Source of the DNA: Squalus acanthias
Lineage: Eukaryota
Length of the DNA: 64,000 nucleotides
Direction of reading: 5' to 3'
Assembly: GCA_030390025.1 (NCBI GenBank)
Contig: CM059426.1
Span: 94,922,001 to 94,986,000, forward strand
The position numbers were made by a program, and so were the translations under genes. Each line of letters opens with the position of its first letter. Within the stretch, counting starts at the first letter, position 1. The notes under the pieces are model-generated. The model was not told where the DNA came from and did no database searches. It saw nothing but the letters and a program-made list of their open reading frames with translations. This document shows positions 11,718-23,706 of the stretch, one piece after another.

Positions 11718-12870
11718 AGGAGGGTGTGAACTGCCAGGCTGTTGCTAGGGCCGGGACGGTGTGAACCGGCAGGCTGTTGCTAGGGCTGGGAGGGTGTGAA
11801 CTGCCAGGCTGGTTCTAGGGCCGGGAGGGTGTGACCTGCCAGGCTGTTGCTAGGGCCGAGAGGGTGTGAACTGCCAGGCTGTTGCTAGGGCCGAGAGGGT
11901 GTGAACTGCCAGGCTGTTGCTAGGGCCGGGATAGTGTGAACTGGAAGGGTGTGAACTGCCAGGCTGTTGCTAGGGACGGGAGGGTGTGAACTGCCAGGCT
12001 GTTGCTAGGGCTGGGAAGGTGTGAACTGCCAGGCTGTTGCTAGGGACGGGAGGGTGTGAACTGCCAGGCTGTTGCTAGGGCCGGGAGGGTGTGAACTGCC
12101 AGGCTGTTGCTAGGGCTGGGAGGGTGTGAACTGCCAGGCTGTTGCTAGGGACGGGATAGTGTGAACTGGAAGGGTGTGAACTGCCAGGCTGTTGCTAGGG
12201 ACGGGAGGGTGTGAACTGCCAGGCTGTTGCTAGGGACGGGAGGGTGTGAACTGCCAGGCTGTTGCTAGGGACGGGAGGGTGTGAACTACCAGGCTGTTGC
12301 TAGGGCCGGGAGGGTGTGAACTGCCAGGCTGTTGCTAGGGACGGGAGGGTGTGAACTGCCAGGCTGTTGCTAGGGCCGGGAGGGTGTGACCTGCCAGGCT
12401 GTTGCTAAGGCCGGGAGGGTGTGACCTGCCAGGCTGTTGCTAGGGCCGGGAGGGTGTGAACTGCCAGGCTGTTGCTAGGGCCGGGAGGGTGTGACCTGCC
12501 AGGCTGTTGCTAGGGCCGGGAGGGTGTGAACTGCCAGGCTGTTGCTAGGGCTGGGAGGGTGTGACCTGCCAGGCTGTTGCTAGGGCTGGGAGGGTGTGAA
12601 CTGCCAGGCTGTTGCTCGGGCCGGGATAGTGTGAACTGGGAGGGTGTGAACTGCCAGGCTGTTGCTCGGGCCGGGATAGTGTGAACTGGGAGGGTGTGAA
12701 CTGCCAGGCTGTTGCTCGGGCCGGGATAGTGTGAACTGGGAGGGTGTGAACTGCCAGGCTGTTGCTAGGGCTGGGAGGGTGTGAACTGCCAGGCTGTTGC
12801 TAGGGCCGGGAGGGTGTGAACTGCCAGGCTGTTGCTAGGGCCGGGAAGGTGTGAACTACCAGGCTGTTGT
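11718..12870. repeat. G-rich minisatellite, 35-bp unit GGGAGGGTGTGAACTGCCAGGCTGTTGCTAGGGCC, about 31 copies, five with a 15-bp insertion
   Basis: Direct tandem periodicity of 35 (ctgcc at 12061 and 12096); variant units carry an extra gggatagtgtgaact. Confidence 0.97.
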
Positions 12871-13017
12871 TTGGGGTGGGGGGGAGGGGAGGTATAAATT
12901 GGGTCGAATCAATGAAGTGGACAGACACAATGGGTCAAATGGCCACCTTCTGTGCCGTAAATTTCTAAATTTCTCTAACAGTTATTTTCATTCTTTTTCC
13001 TCACCCACCTGGAGCAG

Positions 13018-13197
13018 GATGAAGATGAGGTTTTGTTGGAGTGCCGTGTTCGTTTCCTATCATTTATAGGAGTGGGGAAAGACAGCCATACCTTTGCCTT
13101 TATTATGGACACGGGAAATCAACGTTTTGAGTGTCACGTCTTCTGGTGTGAGCCGAATGCAGGAAATGTATCTGAGGCTGTGCAGGCTGCATGTATG
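13018..13197 (+). CDS. APBB2: APBB2 coding exon: [60 protein letters not shown]
   Basis: cag acceptor 13015-13017, gt donor 13198; 180 bp in frame; near-identical to the remembered Fe65-family PTB2 core. Confidence 0.97.
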
Positions 13198-13904
13198 GTG
13201 TGTACCCTCTGAACAAAGTTCTTACTTTTATAACTGGGCACCTTGTTAAATAACATTTAAAAGCTGCAATGTCCCTTAAATCAACTCACATTGTTGTGAA
13301 AATTAAAAAATAAGAAGTGACTTATTAAACCATGTGTTTGTGACATGATTTGCTAGTCAGACTGAAATATGTCCAGCAAGACCAAGAACTCTTAGCTCAT
13401 GGCGTATTGAGACTGCTGGGGTTGATTCAGCAACACTATTTCCTAACTTCCTGACTGACAAATAGATGGATGCCAGCATAATCTTTAAACAAGGCTTCTT
13501 ACCTTGCTCTGATATTACCAACCATTCTGTAATTATCACATTATGAATTTTGCTAAGTTGATTATTTTTCTTTATCTTTTAATTTTTTTTAAATCTTTTA
13601 ATTTTTTTAATTAGTTGACTTTGCAGCTTTATTACAGTTTGGGCTACTTCATGTATCACAGCTAACTACAGATGTACTACATGTTCATTATTTTGTAGGT
13701 TTAAATTTTTTGTATCCCATTTTAGTAGTTGTGTTGAACCTTAAATTTTAAATTGAAAAGATTAATAAGGCAGATATATAACTTTTCAAAGAAATGATTT
13801 AATGGTTGTAAAACTGTTTACAATATAATCTTCATTTTTTGTGGTTGATTATCTTAAAAAGTAAATAACAACAAAATGCATTTAATGTCTGGTTTTATTT
13901 GCAG

Positions 13905-14072
13905 CTTCGGTACCAGAAGTGTTTAGTCGCCAGACCTCCTCCTCCAAGGATGTGCCCTTCTGGTCCTCCAACAGACTCTGTGACAAGGCGTGTCACAACC
14001 AGTGTAAAACGTGGAGTTTTGTCTCTCATTGACACTTTGAAACAAAAGCGACCAATATCTGAATCACCATGA
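13905..14072 (+). CDS. APBB2: APBB2 last coding exon: LRYQKCLVARPPPPRMCPSGPPTDSVTRRVTTSVKRGVLSLIDTLKQKRPISESP*
   Basis: gcag acceptor 13901-13904, TGA 14070-14072; APBB2-type C-terminus DSVTRRVTT.VKRGVLSLIDTLKQKRP. Confidence 0.97.
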   Translation, partial: LRYQKCLVARPPPPRMCPSGPPTDSVTRRVTTSVKRGVLSLIDTLKQKRPISESP

Positions 14073-17000
14073 AGAGGATCGGGAAAGATCCCTTCAGACA
14101 CTAGAGTCTAGTAATAACTGAGATAATACACAACATGATCCATGCAGATGTTGAGCCTTCAAGTTATATATGCTGATCCCCTTGTCTTCAACATATATTG
14201 TTTATTGTCAGATTTAATGTAAGACGAGCATGTTGTCTCATTCCTCATCATGACATCATATTGGGAGGCGCATGAATAACTTTCTGCTATCAACGTTTGA
14301 GTTCACTAACTGATGGAAGGTGTCTGGAATTTCTACAAGCCCTGGACTAAATGGTGCCCAAGCAGTTTGTCTCACTGTCTACTAAGGCTGGAACTCTCAC
14401 AACCAACCTTACACCAGAAGTATTTACTAGTGCACTTTTTGTCACTGATACTGGTGTAACATAGTGAGTGGTGTTTAGACTATAATAGAACTGTTTCCTT
14501 TCAGTCCGTAGTATCCTTTTGGCCATTGCAGTTGTGTGATCATGTGTACCTGACTTATAAGGTGATCAAGAGTGATCCCCTGTTGCTTTGCTGTTTGTGG
14601 AGGAAGTACTAATTAAAACAACTTAGACTATTGTTGAAACATAGAGACGTGCAGCTCACCAGTTTTGTCAGCTTTCATAAGCTCATTTCATAATCATTGT
14701 CCTAGCCACAAGATGTACATTTTCCCTGTAACATAGAACAATAATTAGCCATAAACTTATTCTTAAGTCCTATAAATATTTTTTTAGAAAACAAAAAAAG
14801 TTTACTAATTAATCTTTAGTTACTGTATCAGCTTTTAATCATTTAAATCTTTACATTTTTAATCATCGGAAGCCATGTGAGGTATATATTATTTACTGGT
14901 TGGGCCATTCATTGATGAAATCTGCATTATTGCTTTATGCAGTGTCATTTGGAAATATGCCAAGAATACCTGGGAGTGTTCCATACCATGTTTGATTTTA
15001 CCTAGCTGTACTGTACAATCAAGATGCCAGTAGTTTTCTCCTGCTTTGAGATGGGGGGAATGTGACCGGGGGGGGGGGGGGGGGAAGAGAGAAGAGACCA
15101 TATACAAAATACATTGATAAAATTATGAATTAGTTAATGCCTTTTTAAAGCACTCAGATCACAGAACAAGGAAAGTTGGAATCCTCACATTTCAATTGCT
15201 CTAAATGAGCAACCTGACTTAAACTGGTAGATTTTTTAAAAATTCGACAAACATTTGAGGGGTGTTTTTTTTGTTTACAGAAGTAAATTGAGTTTAATTC
15301 CTTACACAAGTTTCAATCGTAATGCAACCGTCATCACCAGTTCAAATCTCTGTTACCATTTTTTACTTCAGATGTAGGAGATAGATTTGAGTTGAAAACT
15401 AAGGCTAAATGATTAACAGAATTACAAATAAAAACCAAGGAAGAGGAAAGTGATAAATTTATACCATAATTCACCTACTGAACCGGAGGTACGTGAGCCT
15501 GATCAGGGCAGATGGATCTCGGCTGAGGTGAAAACTGCTAACGATGCAGCATCCAGTTCATGGAGAGTGATGCTAATGTAGAAATTAGCGGTGGCAGCAA
15601 CAGTGACGATGAAAATTTCTTATAAGTGGGACTGTGAGCACGTACACAATTAGCAAGAGACCAGTGGGAATAAACCCGAAGAGCTAATGTACAGATTTCA
15701 CTTTACAATCATTTACCTCCCAGAATGGTGGCAGGTATTAGCAGTGCACTGTCTGTACTAACGCTTTTCAAGAAATCCCAGTCTCACTTCCTGTTTTAAC
15801 CGTGCACCAAAAGGTTTTGCCCGGCTTCAAAATCAGTTAAACCTAATGTTTGCTTTCTCTAATTTCATGATGTGTCTGGACAAAATGTAAATATTTCACT
15901 GGTCTCCAGTAGTTCAGAAAAGCAAAATCAAATTGTGAACTCCCATTTAAAATTCTGTTTGCATTTTATTGTTGGGAGGAAGGAGGTGTTACAGGTACAG
16001 TTGTAATTGCTTTAATCAAAATGTTTGCAAGCTGCAGAGATATAAATGGAAGCTGCAGATTATTTGCAAATAGAGGAAAGCTGTGGGTTACATCAGAGAT
16101 CACAAAAATGTATGCAGTGCTTTTACAAAATATTTTAAACTAATACACATCGCAGCAAAGCCAGATCTGTGTTAAAGATGCAGGTTGGATTTGACCAAAT
16201 GTTCTGTCTTTGGAGATAATTATTTTGTCAATTTGGTAACACACCCATTACCTAAGCCAGTTTTTTTTTCTTGTTTCTTTTGTTGCTATAAAATGCAAGA
16301 CTTGTAGAAGAATATCAGTACTTATTTTTATTTTTTTTAACGAGTAGACAAGCTGGTTGTAACTAGATTACAAACGTTATCTATGCATCCATTACAAGCA
16401 GTGGCTTTCTAGACAAATTGCTGCATCACTGCTTTGCATGCCATATAGCTATATTAAGCAAGACAGCAAGTGAACTTTTAAAAAAGAAAGCATATTAATG
16501 AAAATATTTTTTATTTTATTTATTGTATTTTATATTGAAATATCTCTGGTAATTATGTTGTATTATGTTCTACTGTAGGTTCTCACAGTGTAGCTAGCAC
16601 TAATTAATCTCTAAATACTGTAGACTGACATGAAGATAATTAAACATTAGTTTTTCATATTCTCTCATTACAGTGAGCCAAAGTACTGCTGTGATACAGG
16701 AACAAAGCCAGTTTAAAGCTGATTTGGTTTATTATAATTGTAGGTGTTGAAGTAAGTATCAGGAGTCTACCACAGACTGTCATTGATATGTCCCTTTGTG
16801 CTTCCCAACATACCCCCTTCTACCTGTTGGTTTAATTATCTGTAGAAATTATCAACTGGCTAAAGTCTGTTACTTTTAGGGAGTGTCATTATTCAGGAGC
16901 CTAGTAGCTTGAGAAATAATTTCAGCTATCGGTGTGTACAGTAACTAATGTTCACTATTCTGGTATTTGTGTCTGTTACACCACATGTAACCTTTCTCAT

Positions 17001-18250
17001 TGAAACCAGGTAAATAATGTGGAATGTAGTCATGGGTTCTGTGGATGGCTGTCCCTTTTTAAGATCTTGTGCAGGGGGTCTGACTAACAGCTTCTATTTG
17101 TCTAACATGCCCTTTGCTTTTTAACATCTTGCTCATAAGAGGCCATCACCTGTGCAAATTAAATATAAACAATACAAGGGTGATTCCACTGTCTCACATT
17201 TCTAACCAGGTGCGCTGCACTTTCAGTGAGCCTGGGGCAGAGAATCAAGACTACACTGTTGTATTCTTGTGTCCAGCCTTCTCTCTCTACAAGCATGTCT
17301 TACCATGCTGAGAGTGCAGGATGGCATATTCACCCTTATATTCCAAAGATATGATTGCCAAATATCAAGTCATTCTTTCCTAAAATTGCATCAAAGGATT
17401 TTGCAGTAGAAATTTGATACTTAGTTTTATTTATGTCACTTATTGGTGTGATCTAGTACTTACCAGTGTGCAATGGTGGTGATCAGTCTTGGACCACAGA
17501 GTTTAATGTATCCTTCTTGCAGTTGCAATGTGGTCAGTAGCAGAGACAGTCTTAAAATTATAGAGGTTGCTGCCCTACCCTAGTTCGGTATTCTTAGAGC
17601 AGACATTGGCTGTACATACAAACAGAGATACGTTTTTGAACCATAGCTGCTTGGAGTTCTCACTTTCTGTTGCACCTAAAAGGAACACCAAGTAAAGCGC
17701 ATTTCATTGGCAGGATGGGATGTCCTATCTATTTGCAGATCACTGGATGGCCTGCTCTTACAAATTCAAAGTGCAGTGAGGACCAGTTGAATTGACTTGG
17801 CTCCCAGCCCCCATATATAGTACAGTGGACTGAGCAAGTGCAACATATGCTTTTCTTTCTCCCCATTTGGAACTCCTTGTTAAAGTGACTTGTGTTTTAC
17901 ATTCCAACAATTATTACTTGGTTGATATGACATCTGTTGAAATTAGAGATTTAGCTTTGATATCAACAGTCCGCCAACCTGTTTGATCATCTTAAATTGA
18001 GTATGTTACATTGCTAAAAGCCTGAGCTGTGCAGCTCAGCAGTCACTGAGGCCTCTGATATTTTATCTTTTATTTTAATCCTCATAACTATGTACACTTG
18101 TTACGGAAAATGATCTATGTTAGAGCTGTATAGTAGGCATTAAGCAGCTGATTTACAGTACAGTAGCTGTTCTTTTCTGCTTCCCACTGATTTTACACCT
18201 GTAAATGTAATCCGTTGTGAGAATAAACTGCATATACAGTATGTTTAACT
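14073..18250 (+). other. APBB2: Probable APBB2 3' UTR (~4.2 kb)
   Basis: AT-rich stretch with no recognisable TE from the stop codon to AATAAA at 18222-18227; the first clear TE resumes at 18730. The end point is inferred. Confidence 0.6.
18222..18227 (+). terminator. Candidate APBB2 polyadenylation signal AATAAA (proximal alternatives at 15427 and 15669)
   Basis: Canonical hexamer near the end of the TE-free block, followed by T-rich sequence. Confidence 0.55.
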
Positions 18251-18729
18251 CTGCCTCTGATTTTGCAACTGATCACACAACAGAGAAACACTCCACGTAT
18301 TGACAGTCAACAGCACTTTCTCTAATTAGTGTGACTTTCAGCAGTCATATATTTCTGCTCATAGTCTGCAACGCAAACTGTAACTTGCACTCGAGCCAAA
18401 AATAGTTTGTGGAAAAATAGAAGCAGCCACCATTTACCTACTTAGACATTATTCATTTTAAAGAACCATGTCATTTTATTTAGTTCTTTGAAAATGTCTG
18501 CGTTTTTACAACAAAAATGTAATAGTTTATTCCAAAACCAACAACCTTAAAGGATTTTGTACTTTTCACCATCAACAAAAATGTAGAGGTGTTGCGGTGC
18601 TTGAGGATTAACGTGGCCTAGAGTCTGGGAGGTGATGCAATGAAAAGAAAGACTTGCATTTGGTGGATTTGGATACCACAGGTACATTTTCAACTTACTG
18701 CCTGGGTGTAAAACTGGTGTTGTGGATTA

Positions 18730-19280
18730 GCTGCCTGCTATTTTCATCCCACTGTAAGGAGTGTGATGGAATACTCGCCACTTGCCTGGATGAGTGCAGC
18801 TCCAACAACACTCGAAGCTCGACACGATCCAGGACAAAGCAGCCCGCTTGATTGGCACCCCATCCACCACCTTAAACATTCACTCCCTCCACCACCGGCG
18901 TACCGTGGCTGCAGTGTGTACCATCTACAAGATGCACTGCAGCAACTCGCCAAGGCTTCTTCGGCAGCACCTCCCAAACCCGCAACCTCTACCACCTAGA
19001 AGGACAAGGGCAGCAGGCGCATGGGAACACCACCACCTCCAAGTTCCCCTCCAAGTCACACACCATCCTGATTTGGAAGTATATCGCCGTTCCTTCATCG
19101 TCACTGGGTCAAAATCCTGGAACTCCCTCCCTAACAGCACTGTGGGAGTACCTTCACCACACGGACTGCAGAGGTTCAAGAAGGCAGCTCACCGCCACCT
19201 TCTCAAGGGCAACTAGAGATGGACAATAAATGCTGGCCTTGCCAGCGACGCCCACATCCCATGAATTAATTAAAAAAAAA
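18730..19280 (+). mobile_element. CR1/L2-group LINE 3' end with poly(A) tail
   Basis: Encodes SVMEYSPLAWMSAA...IQDKAARLIG...SLHHRRTVAA...KSWNSLP...RFKKAAH; AATAAA and an A-tail at 19272-19280. Copies at 47942-48510 and 44500-44745. Confidence 0.88.
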
Positions 19281-20119
19281 TCAAATTTGGAACCTGGACT
19301 TTGCATTAAGCTCACAGTTCATCCAATATACCTGACTGATGAAGAACTATTCAAATCTTATCCACTAACTTTATCAAGAACTATCATGACTTGCCGGCGA
19401 ATTATTCATAATCCAACAACACATTCCACCATGAAGTGAATATCTGCACCCCTAATTACCCATATGCAGCCATGGAATGATATGCTGGGGCTCCACCCTG
19501 AGCAGCGGACAGAATTTCCACAGTTATTTCAGCCTGTCCTTGTGCACCTTTATAGTAGCTAGTTTCCGAACAGCAATCGGTAGAGGGCTAAGAGCAGATC
19601 ACCCACATGACTATGGATAGTGCATATTGTGGCAAGCAGGAAGAAAAGATCTTGTATATTTAAAAAAAGTGGAATATACCCTCAAGAAAACAAACCCTAC
19701 TGCATAAGATATTGAAGTATGGTTGCAAACGTTTATGCAATGTGTATAAAATGCTGGCAAGGCACCTTGTTGGCTCCAAGGTAGAGCTCTGCACGAGTAA
19801 TCTGTGATGCCACTTGACCACTGTAATGATGGCGGAGCGGCACTACCCTTGTGCTGGCAATTTACGTGCCTGTCCTGTAGGAATTGCCAGGGACACCAAT
19901 TTAAATAAAATGGGCAAGGGTAGCTGAGGCACCCATGAGGTGGGGGATGGTGGAAATTGCATTGTTGGGCAGCTACTGAGGATCAGTGCCAGCAGATTCT
20001 GCCGAAGAATTAAGAATCAATAATAGGCTCTTTTTCTTGCAGCAGCCAATCGCTTTGCAAACAACTTTAGTAGGTCCCACTTCTGCCACCTTTAAAGTAC
20101 AGTATACCTGCTTCATGTT

Positions 20120-21050
20120 CATAGAATAATAGAATGAACCGGCACAGAAGAAGGCTAATCGGCTCATCGTGCCTGTGAAAGAGCTATACAATTAGTCACA
20201 CTCCCCTGCTCTTTCCCCATTGCCCTGCAAATTTTTCCCCTTCAAATATTTATCCAATTCCCTTTTGAAAGATATTATTGTATCTGCTTCCACCACCCTT
20301 TCAGGCAGTGCATTCCAGAGCAACTCAATGCGTAAAATTTGTTTTCCTCATGTCACTGGTTCTTTTGCCAATTACCTTAAATCTGTGTCCACTGGTTACC
20401 AACCCTTCTGCCACTGGAAACAGTTGCTCCTTATTTACTCTGTTAAAACCCTTCATAATTTTGAACAAATCTATTAAATCTCCTCTTAACCTTCTCTGCT
20501 CTAAGGAGAACAATCCCAGTTTCTCTAGTCTCTCCACGTAACTGAAGTCTTTCATCCCTTGTAAATCTCCTCTGCACCCTCTCTAAGGTCTTGACATCCT
20601 TAAAAAGTGTGGTGCCAGAATTGGACACAATACTCCAGCTGGGGCCTAACCAGTGTTTTATAAAGGTTTAGCATAACTTCCTTGCTTCTATGCTACTATT
20701 TATAAAGCCAACGATCCATATGCCTTTTTAACAGCCACCTAATTTTGTCCTGCCATCATCAAAAATTTGTGTACATACACCCCCAAGTGTCTCTTCCTGC
20801 ACCCCCTTTAAAATGGTATCATTTAGTTTATATTACCTCTCGTCATTCTTCCTACCAAAATGAATCACTTCACACTTCTCTGCATTAAATTTCATCTACC
20901 ACGTGTCTGCATATTTCACCAGTCTGTCTATGTTCTTCTGAAGTCTGTTAGTATCCTCCTCATTGTTTACTACATTTCCTAGTTTTGTGACATCTGCAAA
21001 CTTTGAAATTACGCCCTGTATACCCAAGTCCAAGTCATTAATATATATCA
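20120..21050 (-). mobile_element. CR1 LINE 3' fragment, continues at 31095-31258 after a nested insertion
   Basis: ORFs 20325-20555 and 20443-20628 (RLRGDLIDLFKIM). tcattaatatatatca joins aaaagagtagtggtcccaac at 31100, as in the homologous copy near 4940. Confidence 0.9.
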
Positions 21051-21218
21051 CTATAGGCAGTGCAGCAGAGCAAATCGGGAAAGCAGAGCATTTAAAAGCA
21101 GTGCAGGAACCCGGCGGCAGCGGCAGTTCAGCAGAGCACAGAGCAAAGCAGAGGTGGGGGAAAATTCAGAGTGACGTCATATCTAATTAAACACAGAGGG
21201 AGGAGCAGCAGAATCCAA

Positions 21219-21991
21219 GGGGTAAAAATTGAGTCGCGCCCCATTTGGGGCGCTAACCTCGCCGGGGCGCGACTTTTAGCGCCCCGAAAAAATTAGCGGC
21301 CCCGCGCCGGAACTTCAGTGGTTGCGCCCCAAGAGGGAAGCGGGGCGCCACTGGAAGCACCCCGCATCCCTCTTGGGGCGCTGCGAGTGAATATCCTGGC
21401 GCTACGTGCCGCAGCGCCACGCGCTGCGGCACGTCGCGCCGCGGTATTGCAGGCCTTCCTCCCCTTCTTAAAGGGGAGGGACCCTGCGCAGCGCGAACCG
21501 GGGCCCAGCTGGGCCCCCAGGGATCGGGAGTGCCGGCAAAAGAGCCCGGCACTCAAGAGAAGTGCCGGGCTCTTGGAGCGCAGCCGGCACTTCACGGTGG
21601 GGGGGCTTCACGGGGGCCGGGGACAGCAACGGGGGCAGGTGCTGGCAGGCGGCCAGCAACAAAAATGGCCGCCTGCCACCTCCCCTTTAAATATCGCCGC
21701 CCCGGCCGCACGTACGCCTCCCTGAACCCGTCGGACATAGCGTCTGGCGGTAAATCAGGGGGCGCGACTGAAGATCACGGCCGGGGCGCGAGCGGGGTGC
21801 TGCGCACGGCGATGACGTCATCGCCGGCGGCGCAGCGCCACAGGGCGCTACCGGCTGCCGCCGCCGCTAACCTCCCACTAAATTTTTCGGGAGGCGTGGG
21901 CGGCGCTGCGCCCGGGCGTTAGCTGCTTTACGCCCCATTAGCGCCCTCTTAAGGCGCTAACAGGAGGCGCAAGCAGCTGAATTTTTCCCCC
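21219..21991. mobile_element. GC/CpG-rich Harbinger-type MITE (773 bp)
   Basis: TIRs GGGGTAAAAATT / AATTTTTCCCCC, TSD CAA (21216-21218, 21992-21994); related to 58475-59266. Confidence 0.88.
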
Positions 21992-23706
21992 CAAGGGTTT
22001 TAAGGCAAGTTTATAGGTTAAGTATCTATATACTTGTGTATATACTATACTATACTTGGGTGTTTAGTACATTTTAGCATCTGATAAATCAGTTCAAGAA
22101 TCGGAGAGCCTGGAGGTGAGGGAGCATAAGCATCAAGGAGAGAGGTAAAAACACATAAAGTGACGTCAGCACAAGAGAAGGAGCTGATTGGTGAGTAGCT
22201 GGTGAGTGTTTCTTTTTTTCGGATCAGATCAGGGACAAGTCTTAAGTTTATTTCTGATAAGTTTAGATAGTTGTCTAATAAATAGAGGCATTTAAATTTT
22301 CTTTTCCCCTGTGTTTGTGTTTAGTGCAAGTTAGTGTGTGGAAAAAAAAACAAGTAGATATAAATAATATAAATAATCTAGACTAAGACATGGCAGAGCA
22401 GGTTGTGTGTGTAGTATGTGGGAGTTTGTGAGCAGCGAGACTGTCCTGAGTGAACACATCTGCAGTAGATGTCTCCGCCTCGAATCTCTCCGGCTCAGTC
22501 ATTGAGCTGGAGTGCGAGTTGGAGACAAACCGACACATAAGGGAGGGAGAGGAGTATCTGTACAGTTTGCTCCAGACCTCGGTCACACCTTGTAGAGAGG
22601 TGCAGGTTCAGAACGGGGTTGGTGTGACCGATTGTGTGCAGAGTAAGGGGAACCTAGGTGAGAAAGAGAACGAGGATCCACAGAAACTGATCCTATCCAA
22701 CAGGTACAATGTACTTGCTACTTGTGAGAATAAGGATAAAGACTGTCGCAAGGACAGCCAGAATGGCACTTTGGAGGAGGAGGCTGTCCAAAGGGGAGAG
22801 GAAGCGTAATGTGGTAGTTGTGGGGGATTCTATAAGTAGGAGGACAGATAGCATCCTTTGTAAGCAAGATCGAGAGTCCCACATGGTATGTTGCCTACCT
22901 GGTGCCAGGGTGAGGGACATATCGAACTGGCTTGAAAGGATATTGGAGGTGAACATGTGGCTAAAGGAGTGGTGCGGGAAAGAGGGGTTCCATTTCTTGG
23001 GGCACTGACAGCAGCACTGGGAGGAAGGAACTGTACCATTGCGACAGGCTCCACCTGAACTGGTCTGGGACTAGGGTCCTAGCGGAAAGGATAAATAGGG
23101 CGCTCACAAGGACTTTAAACTAGTAAATGGAGGGGGGAGGGCTCAGGTGGAAATTGTAGTACAAATAATAGTTCAAAAACCAACGAAAGCGAAAAGAGTA
23201 AGGCCGCGAATTTACCGGCGCTTGGAGGCGGGTCAGGTGTTAAATCTAAAATGATTGACGGGGGGGTTTGGAACCCGCCGCTAACCCACCTCCACGCCAG
23301 TTTCACAGCAGACCCGACACCAAGCGGCGGGAGAGATATTAAAGGTTGTTAACAGCTTGTTAACTCCTTGTTAAATGCTATTTTGCCAGGGTAATTCCAT
23401 TTTCACACATTTTCAACGTGTTTCACGCTGTTCGGCAAACACGCCAGCTGAGTGTGTCGGGTTTTCCAACGAGCTGAATAGTTCACAGCTGCAAGTGCTG
23501 CATATAAACTTACCTATCACTTCAGTTAAATTTCAAATGGCCGATGTGGCTGAATTCATGATTTTGAGGAGACCTTTGAGCTGTATTGAGGTTGTGAGTG
23601 TGTGCTGTGAACTCTATATGCACTGTCACCTCCTTGAAATAAGCTCTCACCCCATTGACTTACTCCTGATAACATCTCATCCTAAACTGCCAGATATAAC
23701 AGCTGA

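Noticed and set aside
11718-12870. CRISPR-like array of ~35-bp repeats
   Set aside because: Units are head-to-tail with no unique spacers, there are no cas genes, and the context is a vertebrate intron.
15370-15625. Coding-looking patch after a ttttacttcag acceptor-like site in the APBB2 UTR (ending MESDANVEISGGSNSDDENFL*)
   Set aside because: All three frames are interrupted by stops, and there is no recognisable homology or supported splice partner.
21253-21922. Overlapping Ala/Arg/Gly-rich ORFs or a host-gene CpG island promoter
   Set aside because: All lie within a TIR/TSD-bounded GC-rich MITE, where stop codons are rare by composition.
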